A DNA stretch of 64,000 bases from a virus, in UHGV virus genome UHGV-2025275; one strand, 5' to 3'. Below are positions 28,866-37,869 of the stretch, piece by piece (position 1 is the stretch's first letter; each line of letters starts with the position of its first letter). The notes under the pieces were generated by a model. It made no database searches. It was not told the DNA's origin and saw nothing but the letters and a program-made list of their open reading frames with translations. The position numbers and the translations under genes were made by a program.

Positions 28866-29744
28866 TTAAATTTTGACGTTAGTCAGCGCCGCGATAGCTT
28901 TATCGTGCTTATTGGCCAGAGAGCAGTACCACTTCACACGAGTACGTACTGCGTCTTTGTTCTGAACAGTACCGATGTTTTCCACAACGATACCGGCGTT
29001 TTCGCCGCCGTACAGACCAGTTACACCGTTTTCTTCAGAAAGGTGCAGACAGTAGATATCCGCTTTGGTGGAGTCCGCAACCGGAATGAAGTCGTTTACG
29101 ATAAACGGAACGCCGTTATGGCACAGCATTGGTCGACCGAAGTTTTCCATCATGATTTCGGACGGGCCTACGTTTACAGTACGCAGCAACGCACGATATG
29201 CACGAAGATGCTCAGAACGCATCATGATGCAGTCTGCGCCCAGATCTTTAACTGCGTCGACCAGTTCGTCGAACATGGAGAAAGTCATGGAAGCGCCGGA
29301 GATGTCGATTTTCTGATCGTCATGCATCAGCTTCGGAATACCGTCGAAGGCTTTGTTGTTGGTGGTGGAGTCGCCAACAATCAGATTGCGACGGAAGGCA
29401 CGAGCCAGGCCTTTGACTTTCTGACGAACCTGGATAGCCAGCTGGTTGTTAGTATCAGCCATAGTGGTAGCCAGGAACTTATCGACGTCAACGTCGCCAG
29501 CCAGAATGCGCAGCTTCGCAACTTTCTCTTCGAAGGTTGCTGCACCTTCGGTGATGGTGTCGTTCACATCAATGAAAGTAGCTTCGCTCAGGGTTTTTTC
29601 GCGGTTATACAGATATGCCTTCGAATTGATCTTCATGAAAGGCAGGACGGCGAACAGGTCGTCACGATCGATAATGGTCTCGATCACGCCCTGTTCAAGC
29701 TCGTTATTAGACAGCTTTTCAGCTTCTTCACGCAGTAATGGCAT
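28866..29744 (-). CDS. Major capsid protein (by position and size)
   Basis: 292 aa, between the scaffold and decoration genes; family not firmly recognised. A 293-aa antisense ORF (28857..29738) on + is an artefact. Confidence 0.6.
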   Translation of the reverse strand: MPLLREEAEKLSNNELEQGVIETIIDRDDLFAVLPFMKINSKAYLYNREKTLSEATFIDVNDTITEGAATFEEKVAKLRILAGDVDVDKFLATTMADTNNQLAIQVRQKVKGLARAFRRNLIVGDSTTNNKAFDGIPKLMHDDQKIDISGASMTFSMFDELVDAVKDLGADCIMMRSEHLRAYRALLRTVNVGPSEIMMENFGRPMLCHNGVPFIVNDFIPVADSTKADIYCLHLSEENGVTGLYGGENAGIVVENIGTVQNKDAVRTRVKWYCSLANKHDKAIAALTNVKI

Positions 29745-29770
29745 CTTTCATTTCCCTATGATTTAAGATG

Positions 29771-30670
29771 TTACTTGATTCCGATTTTCCCTAAACCGGC
29801 AGTCAACTTATCCATTGTCGACTTGTTCTTCGGCTGGGTTACTTTGTGGGTCGGTTTACTAATTGAACCAGCACCCTGCTTAGCTTCGCTGCGCAATAAA
29901 GCGTCAGCTTCCGGATCTGCACGTAAAATACGCTCAATCGCGGATTCGAACGGTAACGGCTTACCTTCACCGTCAACCAGAACAGCACGCTCTTTCTGAC
30001 CTGCCGGCTTGTCATAGCCAACGACGTTACCGTCTTCACCCACTTCGAAATGAGAGCCGTAGATAACGCGGGCCTTAGCCGGAGTCATCAGAACTTTTTC
30101 ACGCAGGAAGTTGGAGCCAGAAAAGGAAGCGCCAACGGTCATTTCAACCAGTTGGGCTTTCAGTGCGGCGTTTTCGCTCTCCAGAGCAGAAAAACGTTCG
30201 TCACGTTGAGCCATCTCTGCCTGGTGAGCTTCAATCATTTGCTTTTTCACAGCATCGAATTCACCGCGGCGTTCCAGTTCAGCTTGCTCCGCCTCACGAC
30301 GTGCGTTTTCTGCGGCTTGCTCCGCTTCAAGAAGCTGGCGTGCTCGTGTCGGATCGATATCACCGTACTGAGCCAGCTGATCGGCCATGGCACGCTCTTT
30401 TTCCTTGCGTTTCATGTTCTCTTTCAGCAGGTCAGCACCGGCTTTCTTGGATTTACGCAATTCAGCGAGCAACTCTTCCTGAGTCATCCCTCCGAATTCA
30501 TCGTCTTCGATTTTCGGCTGATCCTTCTGCTCGCCGTTCTGCTTACCAGATTCCTGGCTGCCCTGCTCTTCTGCACCAGCAGGAGTACCAGCGCCTGCGC
30601 CACCACGTTCATGTGACTCGGCGACATCCATGAGGCCACGACGGGCCATTAGCATTTGCCACAGATTCAT
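29771..30670 (-). CDS. Scaffolding protein
   Basis: 299 aa, highly charged and Ala/Glu/Gln-rich, with a coiled-coil centre (EAEQAAENARREAEQAELERR...), between portal and capsid. Confidence 0.65.
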   Translation of the reverse strand: MNLWQMLMARRGLMDVAESHERGGAGAGTPAGAEEQGSQESGKQNGEQKDQPKIEDDEFGGMTQEELLAELRKSKKAGADLLKENMKRKEKERAMADQLAQYGDIDPTRARQLLEAEQAAENARREAEQAELERRGEFDAVKKQMIEAHQAEMAQRDERFSALESENAALKAQLVEMTVGASFSGSNFLREKVLMTPAKARVIYGSHFEVGEDGNVVGYDKPAGQKERAVLVDGEGKPLPFESAIERILRADPEADALLRSEAKQGAGSISKPTHKVTQPKNKSTMDKLTAGLGKIGIK

Positions 30671-30692
30671 AAAAATTCCTTTTAATTACTTA

Positions 30693-32267
30693 TCACTCGG
30701 TTGCTTGAGTTGATGAGTTCCCATTCCCTTGGGATAGATCTTGTCCGCTCTCTTGGACTGTACCACGATGATAAGTAAGTACTGACTTATTTTCAAGGGT
30801 GTTAAGAGCATTTTTTGGCGGAAAATTCAAGAGATCTTTCTCAAATTCTTTCTGCATCGCGGCCGAAATATTCGGGAAGATTTTCTCAATGAGCATTTCC
30901 ATCTGATATCGACGCACAGAGTCCGGTGCTTCCAGCAGCCCAAGTTTCTCGGCAACGGCAAATTCATCCGTCAGACCGCGGATATCAAAGCTCTCAGGAT
31001 AGGCAATCAGCGAATGCTCCTCATCGAGATCGACCCCCATCCACTTCGCCACCAAAAACATCATCTGGCGTTCAGCCCGCTCAAGACGCTCGGCTTTAGT
31101 AATAAGCAAACTATTAACCCGCTGGAAGTCATATAACTTGGCGGCCCCGGATGAATTATCGATCCCCTTAGCGTTATCCTGCTTTGTTCGCTCACCAGCG
31201 ACCCCAACGGAGTGGTAGATCTCATTAATCACTGTCTGGATAGTGGTGATGATCATCTGAGCTTGCTTAGGGTCTGGCGACAAATAGAAAGGCTGGTTGC
31301 CACTTTCCGAGTCATAGGTGAAGACGCGTTTTGTCCCCATTTCCATTACCTTTGTATGGTTCTCATCACCTGGCAGGAGAGACTGAACAGGAATGGCCAG
31401 TTGGCTGAACGTCTGATCCTGAATAATGGCGTCAAGGTTCGACAGATAGTTGGCCACCGCACGGTCAAGGTAGGCGATATCATCAATAAGCGACGGGCTA
31501 AAATACGGCGATTCGCTCTCCCCTATGCAATCAACAGGAAACACAGGTACAACGCCAAGCTTGTGTTCGCCTTTATCTTCAAGCACAACTTTTGCGGTCC
31601 GACGGCCGGCACTCCCGGCGCCTTTCTTAACCTCTTCCCGGAAGAGAAACCACTCGTTACGTGTCCAGAGACGATAACGCTGAAACTCCTGGCCAGATGA
31701 GGTGAAAGGATCTTCATCATCGCGCGCCACTTCGACAATTAGCGCCCAGATCAAATTGCCGTCATCGTCCCACGCCATATCCAACATCTGCTGCGGAGAA
31801 ATCCAGTAGGCATAGGCACGAACATCCTTCTTCTTCTCGTCAGCGACGGATTCTGCGTCACTATCCATCGTGCTATCGACCACCACCCAGACACGGCCAT
31901 AGATGGAGGACTGGAGGTCAAGCGCTGACATAAAGCCATCGATGGAAACATTCTGTCGTGTCGCGCGTTTCCAGAATTTCTGAATTGGCTCAGGCGCTTC
32001 CTCAACATTCCGATGGATATCCTCTTTGAAGAGATATTTATTAATCAGGTTCACCACTTCCCTGGTGTGATTGAAGCGGTAGGCGCGTTCCAGGCGCTCC
32101 TTGAACTCCTGATCACCTTCTTTGAAGTATCGGAAAATGTTGTCATCGAACCAGGCACGCCCGCCAGCGTATGTGCTGGCGAGGAAATCCCAGTGCTCTT
32201 TTTTCTTTTTATATTCGGGGTGGCGTCTTGCCACAAGATCCTTAATTTGCTTATCAGTCAATTCCAT
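30693..32267 (-). CDS. Portal protein
   Basis: 524 aa, immediately downstream of TerL and upstream of the scaffold; acidic C-terminal tail. Confidence 0.65.
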   Translation of the reverse strand: MELTDKQIKDLVARRHPEYKKKKEHWDFLASTYAGGRAWFDDNIFRYFKEGDQEFKERLERAYRFNHTREVVNLINKYLFKEDIHRNVEEAPEPIQKFWKRATRQNVSIDGFMSALDLQSSIYGRVWVVVDSTMDSDAESVADEKKKDVRAYAYWISPQQMLDMAWDDDGNLIWALIVEVARDDEDPFTSSGQEFQRYRLWTRNEWFLFREEVKKGAGSAGRRTAKVVLEDKGEHKLGVVPVFPVDCIGESESPYFSPSLIDDIAYLDRAVANYLSNLDAIIQDQTFSQLAIPVQSLLPGDENHTKVMEMGTKRVFTYDSESGNQPFYLSPDPKQAQMIITTIQTVINEIYHSVGVAGERTKQDNAKGIDNSSGAAKLYDFQRVNSLLITKAERLERAERQMMFLVAKWMGVDLDEEHSLIAYPESFDIRGLTDEFAVAEKLGLLEAPDSVRRYQMEMLIEKIFPNISAAMQKEFEKDLLNFPPKNALNTLENKSVLTYHRGTVQESGQDLSQGNGNSSTQATE

Positions 32268-32283
32268 TTGCTTTTCTTCCTTG

Positions 32284-32304
32284 ATAGGTAAGTACTTACT
32301 TATC
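32284..32304. repeat. Dispersed palindrome family copy (GATAGGTAAGTACTTACTTATC)
   Basis: In the TerL-portal intergenic region. Confidence 0.8.
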
Positions 32305-33556
32305 TTGAGCCACCAAGAATAACACGATTTTTCACGGGATACCTACGATGAACCGGGTAGCCCAGGGCATCCGCACTGTGCTCAATCCCCCCGCTCTTAT
32401 CCATATCGCGAGAGCCTGGTTTGTAGATAACTTTCTCCAGTGAATCGATGAGATGTTTGCACTTAGGGTCGATATACAAACGAGTTTCGCCAGAGGCGCT
32501 CATCAACATGCGGTTCACTGAGTTCACACGATCAGCAATCGGTGGGTGCTTTTTCGGATAATCAACACGCAGAAAGCCCTTCTCCTTGAAGATGTCGATG
32601 TCCGATTCCCCACGAGCGTGCTGACGATAGGCGCCGGCCGGGTCTGGGAAAATAGTGACTTGCGATTTCCACCGCCAGAAGCGACGCTCCAGCTCATCGC
32701 ACACTTCTGCCGTATTCGACGAAAACAAGACAAGCTCATCCACTGCCCACAGCTCCCCATTCGGTTGTGGCTGCAGGATGACCGACGACATTGGATCAAT
32801 GTTGAAGTCCTGGCCTACCCACACCGGTAATTTAGGATTGAACTGCAGCGGCTTAACGTGAACGCTACGATCGAACGGGTAATATACGCGCCCAGACATG
32901 TTTTCGAAGCTGGCTAGGTACTCCTGTGCGAACGACTTAGGGTCCATATCGTTCTTGGCTGCCTCGATTTCTGCCGTCGGAACGAATGGTGAATCAGCGG
33001 TTACAAACTGCCAGCTTTTCCACTGACCTTTACGTTGCAGCTCTTTGTTCTGCCCGATAGTCCATAGTTTGTGGAATTCGGAGAACCCTTTCGGCGTACC
33101 GATGATCAGCGCGCCCCCGCGGGTGGATGACAATGTCGGACGGAGAACCTTGTACCAGGTGTCTGGCTTCATATCCTGGAACTCGTCGAGCACAACGAAA
33201 TGCAGCGCAACACCACGAAGCGTATCCGGTTTATCTGCGCCTTTAAGCGCGATCTCCGAACCGTTTTTCAACACGATGGTCATCGTGGTGTCGTTCTTCT
33301 TCCGAATCCACTTACGCGGCAGAACTTCCTGCAGATCATCCCACAAAATCTGGCGCGCCATTTGATAGGTCGGCGCGACGTACCAAACTCGTTGTTTTCT
33401 TTCCTTAGCGGCAGCGCGAATGATGGTTGAGATCGACAGCCTCGATTTACCCCAACGTCGTCCGGCGCACACCACTTTGAAACGATGTGGCGACTGGAAG
33501 ACTTGCATCTGCCCGGAGTGCAGTTGTACGAGACTTAGAGACGACGGGATGGACAT
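32300..33556 (-). CDS. terL: Terminase large subunit
   Basis: 418 aa with Walker A (VVCAGRRWGKS) and Walker B (FVVLDEFQD) motifs, and an acidic C-terminal nuclease region (DPMSSV, DEL). Confidence 0.8.
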   Translation of the reverse strand: MSIPSSLSLVQLHSGQMQVFQSPHRFKVVCAGRRWGKSRLSISTIIRAAAKERKQRVWYVAPTYQMARQILWDDLQEVLPRKWIRKKNDTTMTIVLKNGSEIALKGADKPDTLRGVALHFVVLDEFQDMKPDTWYKVLRPTLSSTRGGALIIGTPKGFSEFHKLWTIGQNKELQRKGQWKSWQFVTADSPFVPTAEIEAAKNDMDPKSFAQEYLASFENMSGRVYYPFDRSVHVKPLQFNPKLPVWVGQDFNIDPMSSVILQPQPNGELWAVDELVLFSSNTAEVCDELERRFWRWKSQVTIFPDPAGAYRQHARGESDIDIFKEKGFLRVDYPKKHPPIADRVNSVNRMLMSASGETRLYIDPKCKHLIDSLEKVIYKPGSRDMDKSGGIEHSADALGYPVHRRYPVKNRVILGGSR

Positions 33557-33558
33557 GG

Positions 33559-34200
33559 TTATGCATCTCCATCATCGTCTTCGCCCGATGCGTCAAAATC
33601 GCTCTCAGCTTCGCTCAGCGCTTCTTCTTCGAGTGATTCCAACAGATCGTCATCAATCACTTCGGGCTCATCATCTTCCTTGCGCAGCTGGGCCACCTGT
33701 GACGGCGTTAGCTCGCCAAAGACAAGGTTCGGAATATCTTCTTCACCGCCTTCTTCTTTCTCCATGCCCAAGGCCTTGGAGGAAATTTCGAAGCACTTAG
33801 CCAGCGTGCCGCTGGCGCGCTGCAGGCTTTTAAGATCGTCCTCAATCGAGGCCAGTGGCTTACCTTCGCGCTTTGCTGTAGTGACCTCGACCATCACCAT
33901 CTGACCAAGGGCATACGCCCAGCCGTCATAGCGTGTCCGGCGGTCTTCTATCTTTTCGGCACGGGCTTTAGCGCGCAGTTCTGCATCGGACTTGAGAGAC
34001 TCGCGCACCATCTTCCCAACAGAGTCGGCGCCTTTCTCTAATCCACGCTTTTTGAAGTGTCTGGAAAGCGTTTCACGACGGATGCCGTACTCTTCTTCCA
34101 GTTTTGAGAGCGTATACTCGCCCGAAGTCCATTTCGCTTCGGCTTCCGCCCATTCAGCCGGAGTCAGGCGAGTTTTGCTCTCGTCTTTTTCGACAGTCAT
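33559..34200 (-). CDS. terS: Terminase small subunit (N-terminal HTH, acidic C-terminus)
   Basis: Start at MTVEKDESK...; it has an HTH-like segment (TLSKLEEEYGIRRETLSRHFKKRG) and is directly upstream of terL. Confidence 0.6.
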   Translation of the reverse strand: MTVEKDESKTRLTPAEWAEAEAKWTSGEYTLSKLEEEYGIRRETLSRHFKKRGLEKGADSVGKMVRESLKSDAELRAKARAEKIEDRRTRYDGWAYALGQMVMVEVTTAKREGKPLASIEDDLKSLQRASGTLAKCFEISSKALGMEKEEGGEEDIPNLVFGELTPSQVAQLRKEDDEPEVIDDDLLESLEEEALSEAESDFDASGEDDDGDA

Positions 34201-34272
34201 AGATCCCTCTAAAACACACACAGAGCGCTTCCTTGCGCTCTTAAACAATTTGTTTTCTGGTTGTATTAATTA

Positions 34273-34372
34273 GGTCTGGGGAATCTGTTTGAGAGCCTGC
34301 TTCCGTATATATTTAATAAGTGACTTATTAGTTATATATACAGACGCAGGCTGTTAATCTGACTCCCAGACC
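34273..34372. repeat. Roughly 100-bp quasi-palindromic element A (GGTCTGGG...GCCTGCTTCCGTATATAT-TAATAAGTgACTTATTA-ATATATACAGACGCAGGC...CCCAGACC), immediately upstream of terS
   Basis: Read directly. A near-identical element in inverted orientation is at 57860-57953. Confidence 0.8.
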
Positions 34373-34375
34373 AAC

Positions 34376-34642
34376 TTACATCACCAGTAACTTGGCTCTG
34401 GCTCGACCTAATGTTGTCAGTCCCAAAGTTCGACGCTGGTAGCCAGAATCCTCTCGCGGCCGGCAGTCGTGCTTTTCGACCAAACCTTTCTTGATCAGTG
34501 CGCGCAGGGAGAATTGCATAGACTGCTTTGTCGTCCGGTAAGGCAGCACTTCCAGCAGCTCGTCCAGATCGAGCAAATGGCCACGTTCATGGCCTAAGTT
34601 GATGGTCTTAATGATGTCTTTCTGTTTATCAGTCAGTGTCAT
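34376..34642 (-). CDS. Small winged-helix DNA-binding protein
   Basis: 88 aa; helix-rich, with a basic C-terminus (RTLGLTTLGRARAKLLVM). Confidence 0.4.
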   Translation of the reverse strand: MTLTDKQKDIIKTINLGHERGHLLDLDELLEVLPYRTTKQSMQFSLRALIKKGLVEKHDCRPREDSGYQRRTLGLTTLGRARAKLLVM

Positions 34643-34651
34643 GGCAAATCC

Positions 34652-35551
34652 TTATGCCGGTAACGCAATATCCAGTGGTGCATTCAGCGGTTGTTTATCA
34701 AAAGCCAGCAGTGGCAGTGTGTCAGGCAGCTGGCGACCAAAATCAGGGTTGCGATAAACCCCATAGAGCGGTGAAGTGAAGCTCAGATTGTGAATATCCT
34801 TGAGCAGTTTCACGATGCTGGCCTCATCCACCAGGCTATCCGCGATATCCTGAATGGTAGTGCCACGGTTGCGGCCTGCTTTTGCCAGAGAACTATTCTT
34901 GTGGTAGTCCGCCACCAGATCTCGCAGTGCGCGGCGCCGGCGTGAATCAGTCATCGCAAACAGCTCCTTCACAATCGCTTCGTTGTCGCCGGGATCAGAA
35001 CGAAAATGGCGCTGAAAGACGCGAAGTGCGCTTTCGTAGCTCTTCGGACGTTCAGGACGTATGAAGCAAAACCCTGCTTTCATAGCAAACGGGTTATATT
35101 TGCTCATCGACGACTGGATCTCGATGATTGGCCGGTCATGCATCCTGCTAACCAGATTAATCATGCGATACGATACCCCGACGCCACGATACTGGGTGTC
35201 CACTACAGAGCGGCTGATCACAGCGAAGTTGTTGTTTACGTAACGTCCCCAGTACTGATTTGCCACAGTGGTGTTGGTTGTGGGTTTCAGCTTTGGAAAC
35301 ATGCGATGCCGCGGCGCCAGCAGCAGTTTAGGGAAGGCCATAACTACAACGCCTACCAACCGACCATCTAGCTCACAACGGTAGTAGGTAGGGGCGAACG
35401 GCTTCCCATCTGTCTTGTAGTGAAGCGACTTAAGCGCGTGCCAGTCTTCTACCGTCCCCCTGGTGACGGTCATGCGCTCAAGAAAGTCCAGATGGCGCGG
35501 GAACTCCTCCGGGCGATACCGTTTGATGATGATGTCTGTCATGCCGATCAC
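34652..35551 (-). CDS. GNAT-fold-like protein, 299 aa, function unknown
   Basis: The segment NFAVISRSVVDTQYRGVGVSYRMINLV fits GNAT motif A (Q/R-x-x-G-x-G/A). The C-terminal roughly 150 aa are unassigned. Confidence 0.35.
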   Translation of the reverse strand: MIGMTDIIIKRYRPEEFPRHLDFLERMTVTRGTVEDWHALKSLHYKTDGKPFAPTYYRCELDGRLVGVVVMAFPKLLLAPRHRMFPKLKPTTNTTVANQYWGRYVNNNFAVISRSVVDTQYRGVGVSYRMINLVSRMHDRPIIEIQSSMSKYNPFAMKAGFCFIRPERPKSYESALRVFQRHFRSDPGDNEAIVKELFAMTDSRRRRALRDLVADYHKNSSLAKAGRNRGTTIQDIADSLVDEASIVKLLKDIHNLSFTSPLYGVYRNPDFGRQLPDTLPLLAFDKQPLNAPLDIALPA

Positions 35552-35802
35552 CTGCGCTCGATATTGGCATTGATGAAGTCCAGGCGAAGCGATTCTATCG
35601 CCCCAACCATGACGTATGGGCGCCCACCGTTATGCCAGCAATCCAGAACACTCTCGTCGTTATTGATCATCAGCAGCGCCAGGCTCTGGCTTTTGCCTTC
35701 TCTGGCGTACTGGAGTGCATCTTCCAGCAGGCGGATGACTTCAACGTTATTGTTGTCAGTCTCTTTCGATGGCTTCAGCTCTACGATCTTCAAATCAGGC
35801 AT
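35548..35802 (-). CDS. Hypothetical protein
   Basis: 84-aa ORF, translationally coupled to both neighbours. Confidence 0.4.
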   Translation of the reverse strand: MPDLKIVELKPSKETDNNNVEVIRLLEDALQYAREGKSQSLALLMINNDESVLDCWHNGGRPYVMVGAIESLRLDFINANIERR

Positions 35803-36433
35803 ATTCCACCTTCACGCGTTCTTTGTAGTGCTTGGTGATCTGCATATCCGGGCGCAGCGCGTTCTTCAGGTCTTCGTGGGTCGTCGCCACCATTACCGTC
35901 GCACCTACCTTTCGCGCGGCACGCTGGAGGTTCGACGCCACAACCTGGGCGGTAACACGATCAAGAACTGCGCCAAATTCATCCGCAGCCCATACCTTTG
36001 CGCCCGACTCAATAAGCTTGGCGATCTTGAGCCGGTATTTCTGGCCATCCGACATTTCAGAAGGTTTGCGCACAAAGAGATAGGCATCATTCAAGCCAGC
36101 CATCGAAAGCAGCCCTAACGCTTCGCTGGTGGTTTTACCCAGCTGGTCGATGACATTGACGTCGTTGTCAAAGGTAAAGTCATCAATGGAGGCGACTGAA
36201 AGCCCTTCCTCTTTCATCTGGCGTTGTAGCTCACGCAGCACGACAGATTTTCCGGAACCTGACTGGCCAGTGATGTAAACCACATCACCCTGCTCAACTT
36301 CCAGCTCAAGATTGTCGTAAAGTGTCCAGTCTTTTTCATCCAGGCCAAGCCCAAACGATTCGGCGATCTCAAGCGTGCGAGTAGTCTTGTTGACACGGGT
36401 CTGGAACGATACGTTGATGGTATATGTGCTCAT
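35795..36433 (-). CDS. Small stand-alone ABC-type ATPase
   Basis: Walker A GQSGSGKS, signature-like MSDGQKYR, Walker B VWAADEFGAVLD, H-loop ATTHE; 212 aa. Confidence 0.65.
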   Translation of the reverse strand: MSTYTINVSFQTRVNKTTRTLEIAESFGLGLDEKDWTLYDNLELEVEQGDVVYITGQSGSGKSVVLRELQRQMKEEGLSVASIDDFTFDNDVNVIDQLGKTTSEALGLLSMAGLNDAYLFVRKPSEMSDGQKYRLKIAKLIESGAKVWAADEFGAVLDRVTAQVVASNLQRAARKVGATVMVATTHEDLKNALRPDMQITKHYKERVKVEYA

Positions 36434-37107
36434 GCTTCGACTCCCCCGGAGGAAACTTTCTGCGCATAAGCAACGAACGCGTCTACCCCGCTCTCTCCCG
36501 TGATTTCTTCCATATGGGCAAGCAAATCCCCCACGACAATCGCAGAGCCAGCAGGGAGCGTTTTAAAGCCCAGAACATCGACCACTCGAACCTCTTCGGC
36601 GGCGACTTCGCGACTGATTTCGGTGTGCTCTTCTTTCTGGCGCTCGGTTTCCTCCCCCAGATCCATAACCAGTGCGCCAGTATCCATTTCTTCGGTCATG
36701 CTACCGACCAGCACGTTCAGCTCACGCTCGTCAAAGCCGAAGACTTCAACGTCACCAAGTACCAGAGACTCCAGCTCTTTCTGTAACTTGATGGCATCGT
36801 AATCAATGCTGGCCAGCCGGTTATCCTCCAGACGCTTCGCCTTCACTTCTTCATCGGACAGATCGTCGCGAACGATCACCGGCACACTTTTCAGCCCCGC
36901 TAAAAGCGCAGCTTCGCGGCGGCCGTGGCCAGTAATGATGACATCGTCTTTATCGACAGTGATCGGCTGGTCAAAACCACGCTTTTTTATGGCTGCGGCC
37001 AGGTCACGGATCTGCTGCTCGTCATGCTTTTTGGCGTTCATTTCATAGGGAATGAGCTCTGCCGGGTCTCGGTAGACGATTTCGAACGTTTTGGTCATTA
37101 AATACAC
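36430..37107 (-). CDS. ParB/Srx-like nuclease domain protein
   Basis: ITVDKDDVIITGHGRREAALLAGLKSVPVIVR is a ParB N-terminal domain signature. Acidic C-terminal half. Confidence 0.6.
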   Translation of the reverse strand: MYLMTKTFEIVYRDPAELIPYEMNAKKHDEQQIRDLAAAIKKRGFDQPITVDKDDVIITGHGRREAALLAGLKSVPVIVRDDLSDEEVKAKRLEDNRLASIDYDAIKLQKELESLVLGDVEVFGFDERELNVLVGSMTEEMDTGALVMDLGEETERQKEEHTEISREVAAEEVRVVDVLGFKTLPAGSAIVVGDLLAHMEEITGESGVDAFVAYAQKVSSGGVEA

Positions 37108-37802
37108 TCCTTGTAGTTATCGACCAGCCATACCAGAGCTTCACCAGCATTTTCCATGTCGTTGCCGGTGTTGATCGCCTGCTCTTTGATGATGGATTTG
37201 ATGGTTTCGGTAACGCGATCAGAAGCGTCAAACGTCACTTTGAAGCGCATGGTCTGGTGTTCCGCACCAACACGCTCAGCTTTTTCACGAGAGTCCTTCT
37301 CAACGGGCTCTTCGTCACCACGCGACAACGCCTCAAGCATTTCCAGGTCGATTGCCGACTCACGAGCCAGTGTGGCCGCCAGTTCGTCGTCGTAAGGGGC
37401 AATTTCCGACAGCTGATAATCGAGTTCGGACTGAATTTCCTCGATCAGACGCTGTAATGCGACCTGATCGTCTTCACCGTATCGCTCGTTATCGACCAGA
37501 GACATTTGTTTCGCGACCAGATCGCTTATTTTGCCCACCGATATAACGGGAACCGTGGAAATACCCTGTTCCATAGCGGCTCGCCAGCGATGTTCGCCAC
37601 CGAGGATCTCAAATAAGCCCCCGTCCAGCTCACGCGCGAGAATTGGCTTGAAAAAACCCAGTTTTTCGATGGAGCCTTTCAGTTTTTCGAAGTTTTGAGC
37701 ACCAACCGAGTTGGTGTTCCAGGGATTTGGCCGGAGTCTGGCCACTTCTACCTGCAGAATGGTAATTTTTACGCCCATACTTTTTGATACAATCCATTGC
37801 AT
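37098..37802 (-). CDS. Second ParB/Srx-like nuclease domain protein
   Basis: RLRPNPWNTN...FEILGGEHRWRAAMEQG. The start may be the internal MGVKITIL at 37778. Confidence 0.55.
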   Translation of the reverse strand: MQWIVSKSMGVKITILQVEVARLRPNPWNTNSVGAQNFEKLKGSIEKLGFFKPILARELDGGLFEILGGEHRWRAAMEQGISTVPVISVGKISDLVAKQMSLVDNERYGEDDQVALQRLIEEIQSELDYQLSEIAPYDDELAATLARESAIDLEMLEALSRGDEEPVEKDSREKAERVGAEHQTMRFKVTFDASDRVTETIKSIIKEQAINTGNDMENAGEALVWLVDNYKECI

Positions 37803-37828
37803 AAGTACTTACTTACTTACTTACTATT
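37801..37828. repeat. Dispersed palindrome family copy plus an ACTT-ACTT-ACTT microrepeat (ATAAGTACTTACTTACTTACTTACTATT)
   Basis: Read directly; it lies in the divergent region before the + strand helicase. Confidence 0.7.
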
Positions 37829-37869
37829 CTAGCCAATTAACATATAAAAGGCACGAAGGAAAGATATTT

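Noticed and set aside
28857-29738. 293-aa + ORF
   Set aside because: It is antisense to the major capsid gene; the minus-strand frame has the RBS, terminator and operon context.
30050-30633. Two + ORFs (188 and 156 aa)
   Set aside because: They are antisense to the scaffolding gene.
30770-30791. Palindrome-family copy inside the portal coding sequence
   Set aside because: It is in-frame coding (ENKSVLTY) near the portal C-terminus. It may be coincidental or dual-use, so I did not call it a separate regulatory feature.
34273-34372. Possibility that elements A/B are protelomerase telomere-resolution (telRL) sites of a linear plasmid prophage
   Set aside because: There is no protelomerase gene in the window; there are two copies in inverted orientation rather than one; and a ParA-type partition locus is present. 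The idea cannot be excluded without the rest of the replicon, so the element is kept as a finding under other hypotheses.
35420-36118. 232-aa + ORF
   Set aside because: It is antisense across three tightly coupled minus-strand genes, including the ABC ATPase with intact motifs.
37801-37828. ACTT tetranucleotide microsatellite as a phase-variation tract
   Set aside because: There are only 4-5 units; it is intergenic and part of the palindrome family. There is no evidence of a contingency locus.
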